From: Haplodiscus bocki
Taxonomy: Eukaryota
DNA length: 64,000 nt
Reading direction: 5' to 3'
Assembly (NCBI GenBank): GCA_965655095.1
Contig: OZ296652.1
Location: 96,658,001 to 96,722,000, forward strand
Shown here: one piece after another, positions 51,801 to 64,000 of the stretch
Layout of the letters: each line of letters opens with the position of its first letter
Position numbering within the stretch: the stretch's first letter is position 1
Notes under the pieces: model-generated
What the model saw: only the letters and a program-made list of their open reading frames with translations
Databases searched by the model: none
What the model was told of the DNA's origin: nothing
Position numbers and translations under genes: made by a program

Positions 51801-52634
51801 TTAACCAATATTTTTACGTTATTTGGCCCTCCTTTATCTATTCACAGTGATCGAGGTGCTCAGTTTGAAAGCCACGAGTTTAACCTGTTTCTTGGTCGCT
51901 GGAACGTGAGAAAGTCACGCACCACTCCGTACAACCCCGCTGGTAACGGACAATGCGAGCGAACCAATGGAACAATTTGGAGAACTGTAAAACTCCGACT
52001 GAAACAGCTGAACAAGAGCTTAGATCAATGGGATGAAGAATTGAATATGGCTCTAATCAATATCCGTACGTTAGCATGTCGTACAATTAATAATGAAAGC
52101 CCTCATAATCGCTTGTTTGCCTTTACGAGACGAACAGCTCTCAAAAACGGCGATTTACAAGATCATTATCTTGCTGACGTACCTGAATGGATGAGCCCTG
52201 CCTCGCCTGTTTACGTTAAGAACTTTGTCCGCAATCGTAAAGACGACCCACTGGTCAACAAAGCTCGGATAGTGAAAGTAATTAGCCCACAACATGCCCT
52301 GGTTTCATACCCTCAAACAAATCGGGTTGATACGGTTGCTACAAAATATATCGCCAAATCGGTGGACCAGCCAGTAACGAGTCAGGAACCTCAGGCGGAT
52401 GTCCCTTTAAACGATGAATACGACGAGGGTACATCGGAATTACCTCTCGTTGATCCAGGCCATATATCTGATACCAATACGGTCGAACATGACCAGCATG
52501 CTGCTTCACCGCCGTCCTTTGTACACGAAACAACTGACTCCAAACAATCGGCGACCGCTGGTTGCGCACTACGAAGAAGCACCCGCAGAAGAACTCAAAA
52601 ACGGGGAGAATGTGGTGATTTCATATTTTATTAA
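48850..52634 (+). pseudogene. Gypsy gag-pol polyprotein (single ancestral ORF; one in-frame stop and one frameshift in this copy)
   Basis: Gag starts at 48850; TGA at 49525-49527 is followed in frame by two Zn knuckles (CHWC-x5-H-x4-C; CTKC-x4-H-x4-C). Protease LIDSGS; RT LPFG...NIDD; -1 nt in the A-run at 50721-50727; RNase H TDAS/EKEA/TDQ; integrase HHCC + IDF/SDRG/CERTN. Confidence 0.95.
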
Positions 52635-52780
52635 ACTCTGCTCTTATAGCCTTTTCACCACTTTATTATGTTACATTTATTACATACTTCATAACCTGCT
52701 TTGTTTCAGTTGCTTGAAATGATGTACAATACAAACTCGATCTACTGTCTGTTTTGCTCAGTTTAAGTTAGGTCACGACA
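52611..52780 (+). repeat. 3' LTR (170 bp)
   Basis: 168/170 identical to the 5' LTR; preceded by a polypurine tract. Confidence 0.98.
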
Positions 52781-53299
52781 CAGATAAGATCGAATAAGAT
52801 AAGATCAGCTGAGATGAGCTAAAATGGGACATGATGAAACAAAATTGAACAATCAGGACTTTTTTCAATTGTGGTAAAATTTAAGAATCGTTAGTGCCAA
52901 CAGGTGTGCTCGGCGCCAGAAAAGCAGCTTCCTCCAGGCGTGCGCCCTTTAGATTTCACAGCCCAGCGGGCAAGAAAAGATGCTCGGATAACACTATCAG
53001 AACTCCTACGTGAAAAGTGTTCCTGGTCTTTCGAAACTTTTTGCCGAGTCATCAGTCTCTCGGAAAATATACAAACTTGTTAACTTCGAATGTGTTTTTA
53101 TCCTCCAGATCATAGAATAATCCCTTGCTCATTAACATTTTAGCACAGGCCACCTTGGCCAAACAACTTAAGGTTAGGTGTGTCTCGTGCCTTTCTTGTC
53201 TTTCTAATAAGACGCAGTGTAACGAGTTTTGTTATCTCGTTACTTTTGAGTTCTTCAGAATACATTGACCTAGAGTTTCCAAAAATTCAGGCAACAATG

Positions 53300-56200
53300 T
53301 TTTTTTTTTCAATACAATTCCAAATTTTTTAACTGCACATGTGAACTTCAGTCACACAGAACATTTGGAGAAAAACGTTCACTTACATTGTCTCTGGGTT
53401 TTCTGAAAACGAATCTTCCAGTAGAATCTCAATTTGAAAAGAAAGTCAAATTAAATAATCAAAATTTATCTAGTTATTATTCTGCTGGAAAACCATCTGC
53501 GAATTTCAATACTTCTTCAAAGTTGCATTGTCTTCTTCAGATTTTCCTAACTACTTGAGCTCCGATTTTGTTTCTGTGAGTAACAAATTGCTGTCAGAAA
53601 GTCACTGCTGTACGTTCTTGACGTCTAACAAAAAGCGTTTGTAATCAGAAACAAACAAAAAAGTATATATTTGTAACATTGATAAAGTTATAGAAGTCAA
53701 AACTTACTAAATTGAAGCGAAGAGCGTTTTCGTCTACAGAAAAGACAAAGACTATCGTGGTAAAACACCGCTGTTGTTTTCGTTGATTTTTGCGTAAACT
53801 CCTCAACTGACAAATTGTTAAACAAATTGTTAAATCGCTGCAAAACAATTCAAATGGAAATCTAGTTCACAAAACGTTTCCGAAGATTCTCATCGGAACA
53901 AGTGACTACTCTATAACTCTGACAGTTTTCTCCGGAATCATTTATGAACAACGGTGATACTTTTGCTTTCCTGTAGCAGTGCAGGAATTTCTCAGTTTTG
54001 GATGAAGCAGTGACGGTTGCTGATAAATTGGTTTCTAGACACTGGGATCTTTACTTCAGCAACTTTAACTCAAGTTCAATCACGTCCCGTGGCTTTGTGG
54101 TTTTTTGGAGCCAACTACAATTCGACAATCCATTCCTCTCTCTGAGAAGAACGAAATCAAAACACTTATGAATTTAATCTGAAGATTTGGACAATATGAA
54201 AGGTCATCAGTCGAATGAACAGTACCAAAAAATTTAAAACGATTTCACCGTTCTTTTCATTGTCGTCGAGTGTCAGATCTTAATCCTGTTTTCAGGAAAG
54301 TGACTTCCGTTGCCTATATGTTCCCTGTTATGTTATGTTGTTCTTCCCATTGAAAACGTTGCTTCAAACCAAAAAAAAATCGTTTGAAAGTCCTACCTTA
54401 TTATACTGTCAAGTCTGTACCGCGACGAAGATAGCCACTTTTTTCGCATAGCTTTATTCAGAAACAATTTCTTGTGCTTGTTTAGTAGCCAAAACAACCC
54501 CATGCCATTTTCACTAGCTTTTTGAACTTCTTACTCATGGTAATATTTTCTCAATGGCTGACAGAGTGAGTGTATCGAATTGTCCAAAGCACTTGTCAGA
54601 TCAAGTTGCTGTTCCTGTTTCGAACAATCAAACTCGCTAAGCTATCTTTTCGATCTTAGTCTTTATTTCGGAAATCAACGACTTTTTCATGTCTGATCTC
54701 TCTGAAAGTGCAATCATTTTGAATTGTGATAACTCTGGTACAGAGTGGCCTGTTAATTTTACAGCACACCATATTATCATTTTTCAATACAAATCATACG
54801 GTCTATCAAACTGTTTTGCGTCGAAACCTGAAGATACAGACTGTTAATACTATGTCGTTTTTTGGAAGCAGCTTTCGTTTCACCTGAAAAGTATAAATTA
54901 AACGAAGAATCAGAAATTTCGTTTCAGCAGTGTCAAATTCAAAAGCGAAGCCTACTCTGCAATCAGAACGTGAGCTTTAGGTAAGGTCACAATACAAAGA
55001 TTCTTACTTGAGTTGACACTGACAATTGATATTTTGAGAAAGTTCGTTTAGCCAACCTTGTTTTGCAGCAAGTGCTGCTCAAAAAAATTTTGCTTTCCAG
55101 CATAAAAAGGTACCTTTGGAAGTGAAAAGTTGGTCTTTATCATTGAGACGGTTTTTTTGCAACTCAAGCTGTAGTCCTATTTTGGTGAGGTATAAGATCG
55201 TGACATAGAGACGTTTTATGATATACTGACGCACTGCCGGAAAAAAGATCCTGCAGATGTTAAAAGGTTTGATTCACGAAGTCATTGTTTTCAGACACAT
55301 GTCAGTCACAGCAGTATTGTTATCATCAAGAGTGGGAGGTTTATTCGATTGAAAAGATTTTCCGATATTGTATAGAATATTTTGCTTTTTATTGAGTATG
55401 CAGCCCTTTTGACAAAACAACTTCTTTCTTGTAAGTTCATCAACAACGTCATCGTCTCCTGTGGGAAACAGATCAATCAGAGGATGCTTACTTTTTCAAA
55501 TTGGGATGGAGCTTCTATATGCTGATGGGGTTAATTAAAAAGTAAACAGTCTCTTTTCTTGGGAGGTTGTATTGAAGGGAGGTACCGCTGCGAACATTGC
55601 GTAAACTTGACGAGGTTGCATCGGTGTCAACCGGCGACGAGAAAGGCGAAAAAAGACGTGGTGAACCATACGGAAAATGTAATCATACTGACGATGACTG
55701 GATTTAACGTGCTTTTTGTGATGGTTGGTATCACAAAGTTTGCCTTGGGCTACCCCTGCAGCTCATATCGCAAATGTCGGAAGCTCTTGCTAAGTATCTC
55801 CTATTTAGGGAAAAATCTTGCTTCGAAAAGTTAAATACTTTTGAGGCTCCGCGTAAAATCATTCACGACACCATAGAAGATTGCCTTAGATGAAATGAAG
55901 GTTCGTGATTTATCTGAAACAAAGTGGGAAATCGAATATGAAGTGTATTTCTTGAAACGATTTCGGCTCCACCCCTTTAAACAGGTTCCTGAGCTGAAAA
56001 GAGAAAATTCTAACAACAAGATGATAGCGACAATTTTACTACATCAACGGGATTTATACCCCAATAAAACCAAGCTCGGGTGATTTTTCAAAAAATGCAA
56101 CGGCCACGAATCTTCGAAGGGTGAAAAAAAGGTGAGTCAAAAACTGGAACTTCGGAAAATACAAAGAAAAAAGATGTTGCGAGGCCTGCATCGAATAAAC

Positions 56201-59200
56201 ATGCGGTTGTTGGAAGCGACTCGAAAAAGTCTAATTAGCTTGCCTTTGTCTTTTCTGTGAAAAGTAGAGCAGTCACATCCTCTCAGTCCGCAATGTATCA
56301 ATTGATGACTCTCAATGGTTTTTTGTTATTGTGTTTTCAATTAAGAAAGAACTGACATTGAGGATCCTTCTCTTTATTCTCAAATTGTCGTTATTCCTAG
56401 TTTTAGGTTGAATGAAAAAGCAGGTGAATGGCTGAAAACTCTGAAAGAAACGTTTTTCTTACGATAACCAAACTTAAATTCACCGAGGCTCTGCTTCTGT
56501 ACTGCAAGATATTTCAAAAAAGCTTTGGAATTTTTTTGGCAGTCTTAGTCTAAGAGACTTGAATCGTCATCGTAACAGAGGAAAAGTGCTGAAAGTTGTT
56601 GACGATAACTTTGCCATAATTCAATTTTTCCTGCATTATATTCGTTTGTTTCAAGACCTCGAATCTATTCCAATGCTGGAGGAATTTGACATTTCTTCTG
56701 GCAAAAGGTAAAACCTATAATTTTTTTATTCCAAATGTGTTACTGACTTTGAACTTGATCTAAGCTCCTTGAACTTGTTAAACTACCAGGTGATTGTTAT
56801 TGTTCATTACACGCCATCCGCTGCCCTTGTACATACCTCTTCGACGGGTATGAGTTTGGATTAATTTTCATCTGAAACTCTATGATGTTCTGTAGGTTTC
56901 GATATGCACGCTAACTAAAAGTACGCAAGTTTGATCTTTTTCGAATTTCCGGGTGGCGTTGGATTATTTTACTCTCTTGACCTGCCTACAGAAAAGGCAA
57001 CATTTTCAACTGGAATATAGCAGCTGAGGGTTTGCATAAATATGCAGTGGATATCGTTATTACTGATCGTATATGGTTGAACATCTTTTAATCTGTTGTA
57101 AACATCTTTCAATCCCTAACGAATCATGTCCTCAATAAATCTAAAAGATCCGATCTAACCTCTTGCCCTTGAAAACAAAAAAACATTGTGTGAAAAATAT
57201 GATGGGGGTTGTAAACCCACTGCAATTTTTTCTGAAACCCCGATTCTTAAGGTTGATCAAAAATCTTCCGTCCAAAAAACATTTTCTTCAGAAAAATAAC
57301 TGTACTTTTCATGACTCTGAACTAGCGAAATTCAAAATGAAAAGACGCCATTGCGGAAAACTTTTAACAAAAACCGGCTCCAACATTGCTTGAATGCTTA
57401 ATCATCAGAGTACTAAGAAAAAATTCGTCCAGAAGCCAAAAATCCTTCTGGATCGTAATTTTGCCTATGGTTATACCAACAAAACCGTTGTCTCTTGAAT
57501 CGAATCTTTTCCTCCCTCGGGCAGTAAAACAAGCTTTACCTTTTCTTCTTGCTAGAACTGGAAAAGCTAGTTTTTTCAATAATTACTTTATCTCCAATAA
57601 AAATAAAAATGTTTCCAACGTCCCTGCAATTGTTGCTGAAGTTGCACTGCCACGAAAAGATGCCTCTTCAGAAAAATTGCATCTGCTTATCGTAAAATAT
57701 TTGTTGTTCATCATGTTCTTGGTGTCTATTGCGTCCCAGATTGGCTGGGTTTTGCCCTCGTTTTTTTGGAGAAGCTTTTTTCTTCCCTAGAGCACTCCAT
57801 CTATTTCTTCTAGTATTGAGCGGACCTCCTTTTTTTAAATGTTTTTTTTTGATATTTTCATGGGGGGTGTCGTTCTGAAAATCTTCAAAACCGGTGATAA
57901 AGACTGTTCTTCAAGATATCAACTTTTTACCAACCTTCATTTTGCTTGAAAAAATTTGGTTGTTTTGAAGAGTAATTGTTTTACAGTTTCAAATCATCCT
58001 CGAAAATAGCGTATAATCGATCAAAATCTATCTCGCAAAAAAACTTTCACCTCAGGAAAGGTTTTGTTGCAAATAACCTCCAAGTTTTTTTTTCGTGCAG
58101 ACAGGAGAGATTGATTTTTCTGCTCATCTCCCATGAACTTTCCGCTGTTTTGGACACAGTTGATTAAAAAGTCTTGCTGAACATCTTTTACAAAATTGGG
58201 CGGAATGACTTTGTTCTTACTTTCTTGCGTTCCATTTTGAAAAACCACAAATATTAGATGTTTGATGGCTGTTTCCCGACCGAAGTCTGGTTCCAAAAAT
58301 TTTTCAAGAGGGATCGATAGTTACGAATTCAATTCGTTTTGTAATTTTTACCTCCCCAGAGCCTTTGAAAGATTGCTTCCTGGATGGTCTTTATGATAAT
58401 TGACTGAAATACTAGTTTAGTTGCGAATATGTTGTTGCACAAAGAGTTCGCGGGAAAATATTAGGCATGCTACGCTCCCGAAACTCAGAGTAGAAATTTT
58501 CAAAACGCATTGTGTGTCTGTGAAGATCCTGCAAATCCATTTTCCTGGAGTATTGCCTGGGATATGTACAAAACAAAGGTGACAAGTAGTTTTGAAGAGG
58601 TAGACAATGTTATCAAAAACAATTTGAAGTATCGTACTTTGTTATGTGTGCAACCTGTCATTATCACTCGGAGCTTGTTTTGTCTGTTAGAAAACATGTG
58701 TCCTTTTGACTAACATAATTGTTATTCTTGACTTCACAGACCAGTGACCTGACTATTTTAACTAATTAAAACACGGCTTGAATCATTTATTGTTGAACAA
58801 ATTACAGTCATACAGTCAGTTCAGATTGAAGGGACTGCATTGATTTCACAGTGGGAAAATTTCAATTAGACTAGTTTTGCATCGGGAATTACATTGGTTT
58901 TGTATTCGGGGTAAGAATGACATATCAACTTAGGGTTTTTGGGGAAACAATTTTTGTCAGTGCGAGACAAATACTGCAGTAAAACTTCAGACGACCGCCT
59001 GGCTTGAAACATTCTGTGAAACCTACTAACAATCATTTTCGTGGAAGCTGCTCATGAGTGGTTGGTCCGAAGCTGTGAAAGTCTGGCTAAAGTTCGACGC
59101 AGTGCATCACTTGATATCTTCAAGTTCTTATAATTAAAATTTCTTTGATGCATACAGGGACAAGATCCCTTTGATTAAAAAGCTTAAACATAGCATCAAA

Positions 59201-59400
59201 GTGGACCATCCAACGCTCAAGCAGTCTGTCTCTGAGCACCCTGAAAACAAAGACCTCTGTTGAGTTTTTGTCACGATATGTTTTCTATCGATAACACAGT
59301 TTTTCATTGTTTTTCCTCCTAAAGTTTCAAAATTAAGCTCCGTTATGTGTTTGTTACGTTCTCGTTTTGCAGATTGGTGAAAAAGATTTAAAGTGTTTCC
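53300..59400 (-). mobile_element. Probable second, much more eroded Polinton relic (INT, penton, core-like, ATPase, MCP traces)
   Basis: Faint motifs by manual translation: integrase-like RTDK and KTSLIENF (~58965-58855); penton-like NIFP..FATKL..GSGEVKIT (~58462-58340); ATPase-like CYDDD and VNLSLVIVRKTF (~56580-56445); MCP-like VDENALRFNLVSFDFYNFINVTNIYFFV (ORF 53645-53848). No termini found. Confidence 0.45.
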
Positions 59401-59699
59401 CCTTATGTCAAGGAATTTCTTTGCAAATCCTTTTTTACTTGCGGCGGTTGCAGTTTGCTGAACTTATACCCCGATTTGAGCTAGAGAGATTTGAAGGTCC
59501 ATTCCCGATCAAACTCTTTACGCGACCATTTGAATACAGCCGGTCGGCCAATTTTGGAAATATTTTCATCATTTCTCTAGCGTAACTTTCATTGACCGTT
59601 AGTACAATATATGTTGCAAAGAGGAAATGAACAATATCAGTTTTTTTGGAAGCAATTTTTGTTGCAGAATGTTTTTCTCCGGAAGTTAAATTTTATAGA

Positions 59700-60650
59700 G
59701 TTTGTTGTAGAATACAGTTTTTTGTAGGTTGTTCCATTGATAAGATTTCCATGTTATATAAAGGGGTTCAATGTACGTTTCTTCTTAAGTAACCAAAAAA
59801 GCACGTGTGACATTTTGAAGCAATATCGACAGTAAAAAGATCTGAGGCGAGAATTTTTGACAGCTTCAAATGTCTGTCACCAGTCACACATAAATGTTTC
59901 ACATGTTTGGATTCCAGAAATTTTTTCCGACAAAGAAAAAGTACTTGATTTGAATGTGGCTATTTTTGTCTTGATACAGTAAAAAAAATTACTTGTTGCA
60001 AACAAGTGGTAATGTAATTTCATTCAAAAAGCAGGAAGAATTCTTAGATTGGTACAAAAGTTAGTATCATCTCCAAAAAGTGAAGTATGTTGCGTCGACA
60101 TTTGTTCGGCAGATCATTAATGTTCAAAATGATAAAAAAGGACAAAATAATGACCCTTGTGGAGCCGCAAATACAATGGCAGCCCAACAACAGAGGGCAC
60201 CTAAATTTTCACAATATGATACTGGTTTGAGAGGTATGAGCAGAATTAGTCGAGGGCAAATCCTCTAATGCCGTATTAGTTTATTTTCAACCAAAATTGT
60301 TCGTGGTCTATTGTATCAAATGCTTCTTTAACGTCGAAAAAATGCAACAACACACCCTTCTTTTCGCAAATCGTAGTGTTTCAGTTATATCAACAAGAGC
60401 ATCAGTGGTCGAAACATTAGGTTGAAACCCGAACTGCTTATTTAAAAAGTTTTTTGGATCCTCTTGAGAATCTCTGGATACGCTAATTTAAAATTCTTTC
60501 AATTGTTTTACACACAGAGATCGGAGAACAGGGTACAAACATTTATTTTTCAACCTTTTGTTTCACTTCAAAAATATATTCTTGTGTTTTTGTAGCCGTT
60601 TCACCTCAGCTTGGGAAAACGCCACGGCAAAAAGAATTTTCATTCAAGAC
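59700..60650 (-). pseudogene. Ancient LINE reverse transcriptase relic
   Basis: Minus-strand fragments GVFPS (~60620), KQFGFQPNVSTTDALVDITE..FDVKEAFDTIDH (~60440-60300), YGIRGFALD, APQGSLF..NINDLP (~60165-60107) and FGDDTN (~60076-60059). Confidence 0.8.
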
Positions 60651-62404
60651 CAGCAATGGTGGATCAAAAGAATGTGCCCAAATTTTCAATTGAAATTTCT
60701 TCGATTCTGTTTGCATTTCCAATAACAAAGTTTTTTTCAGAATGTCAAATTCTACAGCAATGCAGCATGGCAAGAAAACTGATCTTTCATTATTGGCAAT
60801 GCTCGCAGTAAAAGTTCCTTGAGACAATGATTGGACAGATTTTTGACTTTAAACACCTCTGGTAAAAATGAATACTAAAAGATTCAGCACAATCATGTTC
60901 ATTTCTCATCGAAACACCTGCATTGTGTTTCAAATATTGACTAGCAGTTGATGTTTATCATCCACTTAGTTGTTTGAAAATCGAACGTTTATTGTTAGAA
61001 AGAACTGTCAATTTGTCAAAAAAAAGCAGCTTCAACTCTAGTGGAACATCATAATTAACTTTGTTTCTCAAGTTACCGTATATATTCAATCCAGGTTCCT
61101 TCGGAAGAGTGACTGATACTGGATAAAGACTTTTTCCCATTTTGAGTCATTTTCTGATAAAGTAATCAAACCAAGAACAACTTTTTTCCTTATCTTTTGT
61201 TCCGGAGTAGTTTCTTTGCTCATCAGTTGTTTGTATGATGGTTTTTACTAAATGATTCACAGCGTCGTTATTACAATCAGCCCAGAACAATGAAAGCAAC
61301 TTTTATTCAAGGTTTTTCAAGAAAAATACTTTTTCCCGGCGGGGTAACAGCGAAACGGAAAATCTTATCTGTTTTTCAGAAGGTTTTTCTAATTGGGCAG
61401 GTTACAAGACGTGTAATCGCAATGGTTGATGATTTCAAAAACTACATTTCCACTATCGAAGTTTGGCAAACTTTCGCCGTGTTTTACAAGAGCAACTAGA
61501 GTTTTTTAACTTTTAGCTTTACGAGTTGGCCTGTTTAGCATTTGTGTACATCTATTGTGCGTTAAAAATAAACAATATAAGTTTCGACTAATTCAGATCT
61601 TGGCGGAAGATTAATGTTGAAATCTATAACCATTATATGTAAGCAAATGATTTTTTGGAAAATTTGAAGGTATTCAACAAATTGCAGTAGAAAGTCTCCG
61701 TTTGAAATTCGAGGAGACCGTTATTCACAGTTCAACAAAATCTTTTAATCACCGAAACTTTGAATAGTCAATTTATGGAAGGTGCTGTACGCTTGTCCAA
61801 TGGTCTGGAGAGCAATTTTTTGTTGAATTTACATAGCAACTCTATAACTTTTTTTGGGAATACCAGAAATATTTAGCTTGTAGTCTGTCAATTTAAAATG
61901 CTCGAAAGCTTGATTTCTAGGGAGCCTTGTTTCGGAAAGGCATATTGTTTGGTTGGGATTGGAAAAGATCTTTTATGTGCCATAACATACCAAAATTGTT
62001 ACATGAGTGAACGAATCTTTCTGAATGAAAAAAAGTTTCAGAAACACTTTCAACAGTTTCTTTCGAAGAGGTACTCTCAACTGTTTATACCTTGTGGGGT
62101 CCATTTATAAGGAAACCAACCACAGAATCATCAAACCACGACTTGTCTTGTTCATATACTTTGAAAAATTGTCAAAAACTTGTTTACTCTCATCATTTAT
62201 AAAATTAATCACTTTTTCATCCGCAGAAATATCATTTTGACTTGCAATTTTTGTCTGAAGAAAAAGAGTATTTTACCCCGGTTTGGTGTATTTTCGTCAA
62301 ATATGTGTTTTCATTTCAAACCACAGTCAATTTTTTTTCTTGGCCATTATTTGTTTCGTTTGGAGACTCACAGTTTTTACAATGATGGTTTTCAGCTTTG
62401 GTTT

Positions 62405-62886
62405 TCAACTCAGTAGTCTGTGACACAAGCTGATGTCCTCCTTCGCAATAGCAACTTCTGTTTTTTGTGCAACATCAACCACCTTCCGATTGACATCCTC
62501 GCCAGACTCTTCAGTTACACCAGAAGTCCTCAGAATGTCTCGTCCATATTGTTCAAAAGCACACTTGGAATGTCCACTTGAGAGATTTATCCTGATACAT
62601 CGCTCTCTGGAGGTCCACTCATGGTTTTTGTTGCACAAAAGAAACCGGACAGAAATGGCCTTGATTCGAATTTCTTGTGAATGTTCGTTGGAAGCCATAC
62701 TTGGGCCCAGACTGGGCAAGGCTTGCGGTCATCGCCCTTACCATCACACTTCGACAGGTGCATTTTGCCATCCTCGGTATCAGATTCGTTTGAGACAGAG
62801 GCATTCTTCTGCTTACCAGGCATTTTATTATCTGAATCTTTAGTAATTTTATCAACAATAAGTCGAGTGAAAAGGCACCTCTTCAT
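62405..62886 (-). pseudogene. LINE ORF1 fragment (CR1/L2-type RRM region)
   Basis: EQYGRDILRTSGVTEESGEDVNRKVVDVAQKTEVAIAKEDISLCHRL matches the EQYSRRxNLRIxGVPE...DIxxxHRL pattern of LINE ORF1p. Frameshifted upstream and truncated at ~62405. Confidence 0.75.
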
Positions 62887-64000
62887 TCTATGAACGCTTT
62901 GATTCCTAAAGAAGCTTGAACTTCACTCTACACTGATGCCATTTGCTGCTGGCTTTACAACGCAGTAACCTGCTAATCGAATGACTTGTTCGTTAGTGTC
63001 CTCAATCAGGTGGTGTCCTTGCATCGCGCAGAAAAATTATCGACTTCCAAAGCGCACTAAAGTACCAGACTCCATCTCCGCGAAAATTAATTAGTTAACT
63101 ATGGGGAAGTTCCTCTTTTCGGCTCCTAATATAGTTTTGAATTTTTGGGCGTTCTGAATGTTCGGGGCAATGGGAAGTCACCGTTCAAGTACCCATCGTC
63201 GAGTCCCACATATATCACATTGTCCCGCTTCCCCTATTGCTCGTTTGCTTCTGGTTTCATTTTCTGTTGCCATTGCTCAGGTGGCCTGCTGCTGATGCCG
63301 ATATTCTTCGGGGGGCTGACAAACTGCACAGGAACGACGGAGTCAAAAAGTAACTCTGTGTGCGTTCCGTAGGTCCGATTCTGGCCCACACGATGCACCC
63401 ATTTTCAGACGTACATTCATTATTGTGATTGCTCCCCTTCTCTTCCGGTGTTTGATGCTCGTTTGTTTTACTACTGGTAGTCAAGCCTGCACAAAATGAA
63501 ACTATCCAAATTTATCACAACAATTAACAAGATATGAGAGCTTTGTTTTAATGTGAAGCTTAGCTTTGTGCGAATATAATTGATAAGTTTGTCCTTTTGT
63601 TCAATCCAGTCTCGGAATGAGTTGTTTCGCGAAAATTTTGGTTTTTGGACTTAACTTCCCAATAATATCGATAAGGTAAGTAATTGCAGAAGTTGTTTCT
63701 AAGTTTGATCTTTTTTTCAGAAATGAATCTGTCCAAATGCACTGGCCCTGAAAAACTTCAAATTTGCAAGGCGTACTATTACTCTGGATACTTCTTATTA
63801 CCAATTTTGTGGCTAGTTAACGTCATTTGGTTTTCTAGAGAAGTTTTCAAAGAAAGCTACCCGGAGCAAAGATTGATCCGACAATATATTCTCCGTTCGT
63901 TTCTTGGAGCACTGTTTTGGATTGTCGTTTTAGCTATATGGATTAGTGTTTTTCAAACTCAAAGGATTTCTTGGGGAGCTGCAGGAGATGCCCTATCAGT

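Larger units (their letters stand above)
48506..52780 (+). mobile_element. Ty3/Gypsy LTR retrotransposon, full-length (4275 bp), recent insertion
   Basis: 170-bp LTRs (TG...CA) differ at 2 positions. TSD CAGAT at 48501-48505 and 52781-52785. PPT aaaaacggggagaa at 52597-52610. Domain order gag-PR-RT-RH-IN. Confidence 0.98.

Noticed and set aside
58800-59250. Alternative reading as a DNA polymerase or LINE 3' region
   Set aside because: The spacing of residual motifs and the adjacent penton-like trace fit an integrase better, though the call remains low confidence.
63130-63500. Possible host exon on the minus strand (ttttgtgcag acceptor at ~63487, higher GC)
   Set aside because: No clear splice donor, stops in the candidate frames and no recognisable protein.

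Overview
This is AT-rich eukaryotic (most likely invertebrate animal) repeat-dense DNA. I found no convincing host gene, RNA gene or CRISPR array. From left to right: (1) a 4 x 1717-bp tandem array, plus further duplications of an unclassified, decayed ORF family with a well-formed TATA/Inr promoter (0.7-15.3 kb). (2) A complete but heavily decayed Polinton/Maverick endogenous DNA virus (17486-33896), with AGTAGT-type ends, ~510-bp TIRs, a 6-bp TSD and relics of protease, major capsid, core-like protein, minor capsid, integrase, packaging ATPase and protein-primed PolB. (3) A ~5.45-kb tandem duplication that includes the tip of that TIR and a ~3-kb degenerate (GATAA)n tract. (4) A full-length, inactivated CR1/L2-type LINE inserted in copy 2. 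(5) A young Gypsy LTR retrotransposon (48506-52780, 170-bp LTRs, TSD CAGAT) that lacks a tRNA-type primer site and instead has a 12-nt PBS complementary to its own predicted mRNA 5' end, i.e. apparent self-priming. (6) Much more eroded relics of a second Polinton and another LINE (53-63 kb). Protein-family assignments come from motif recognition by eye, not from database searches.
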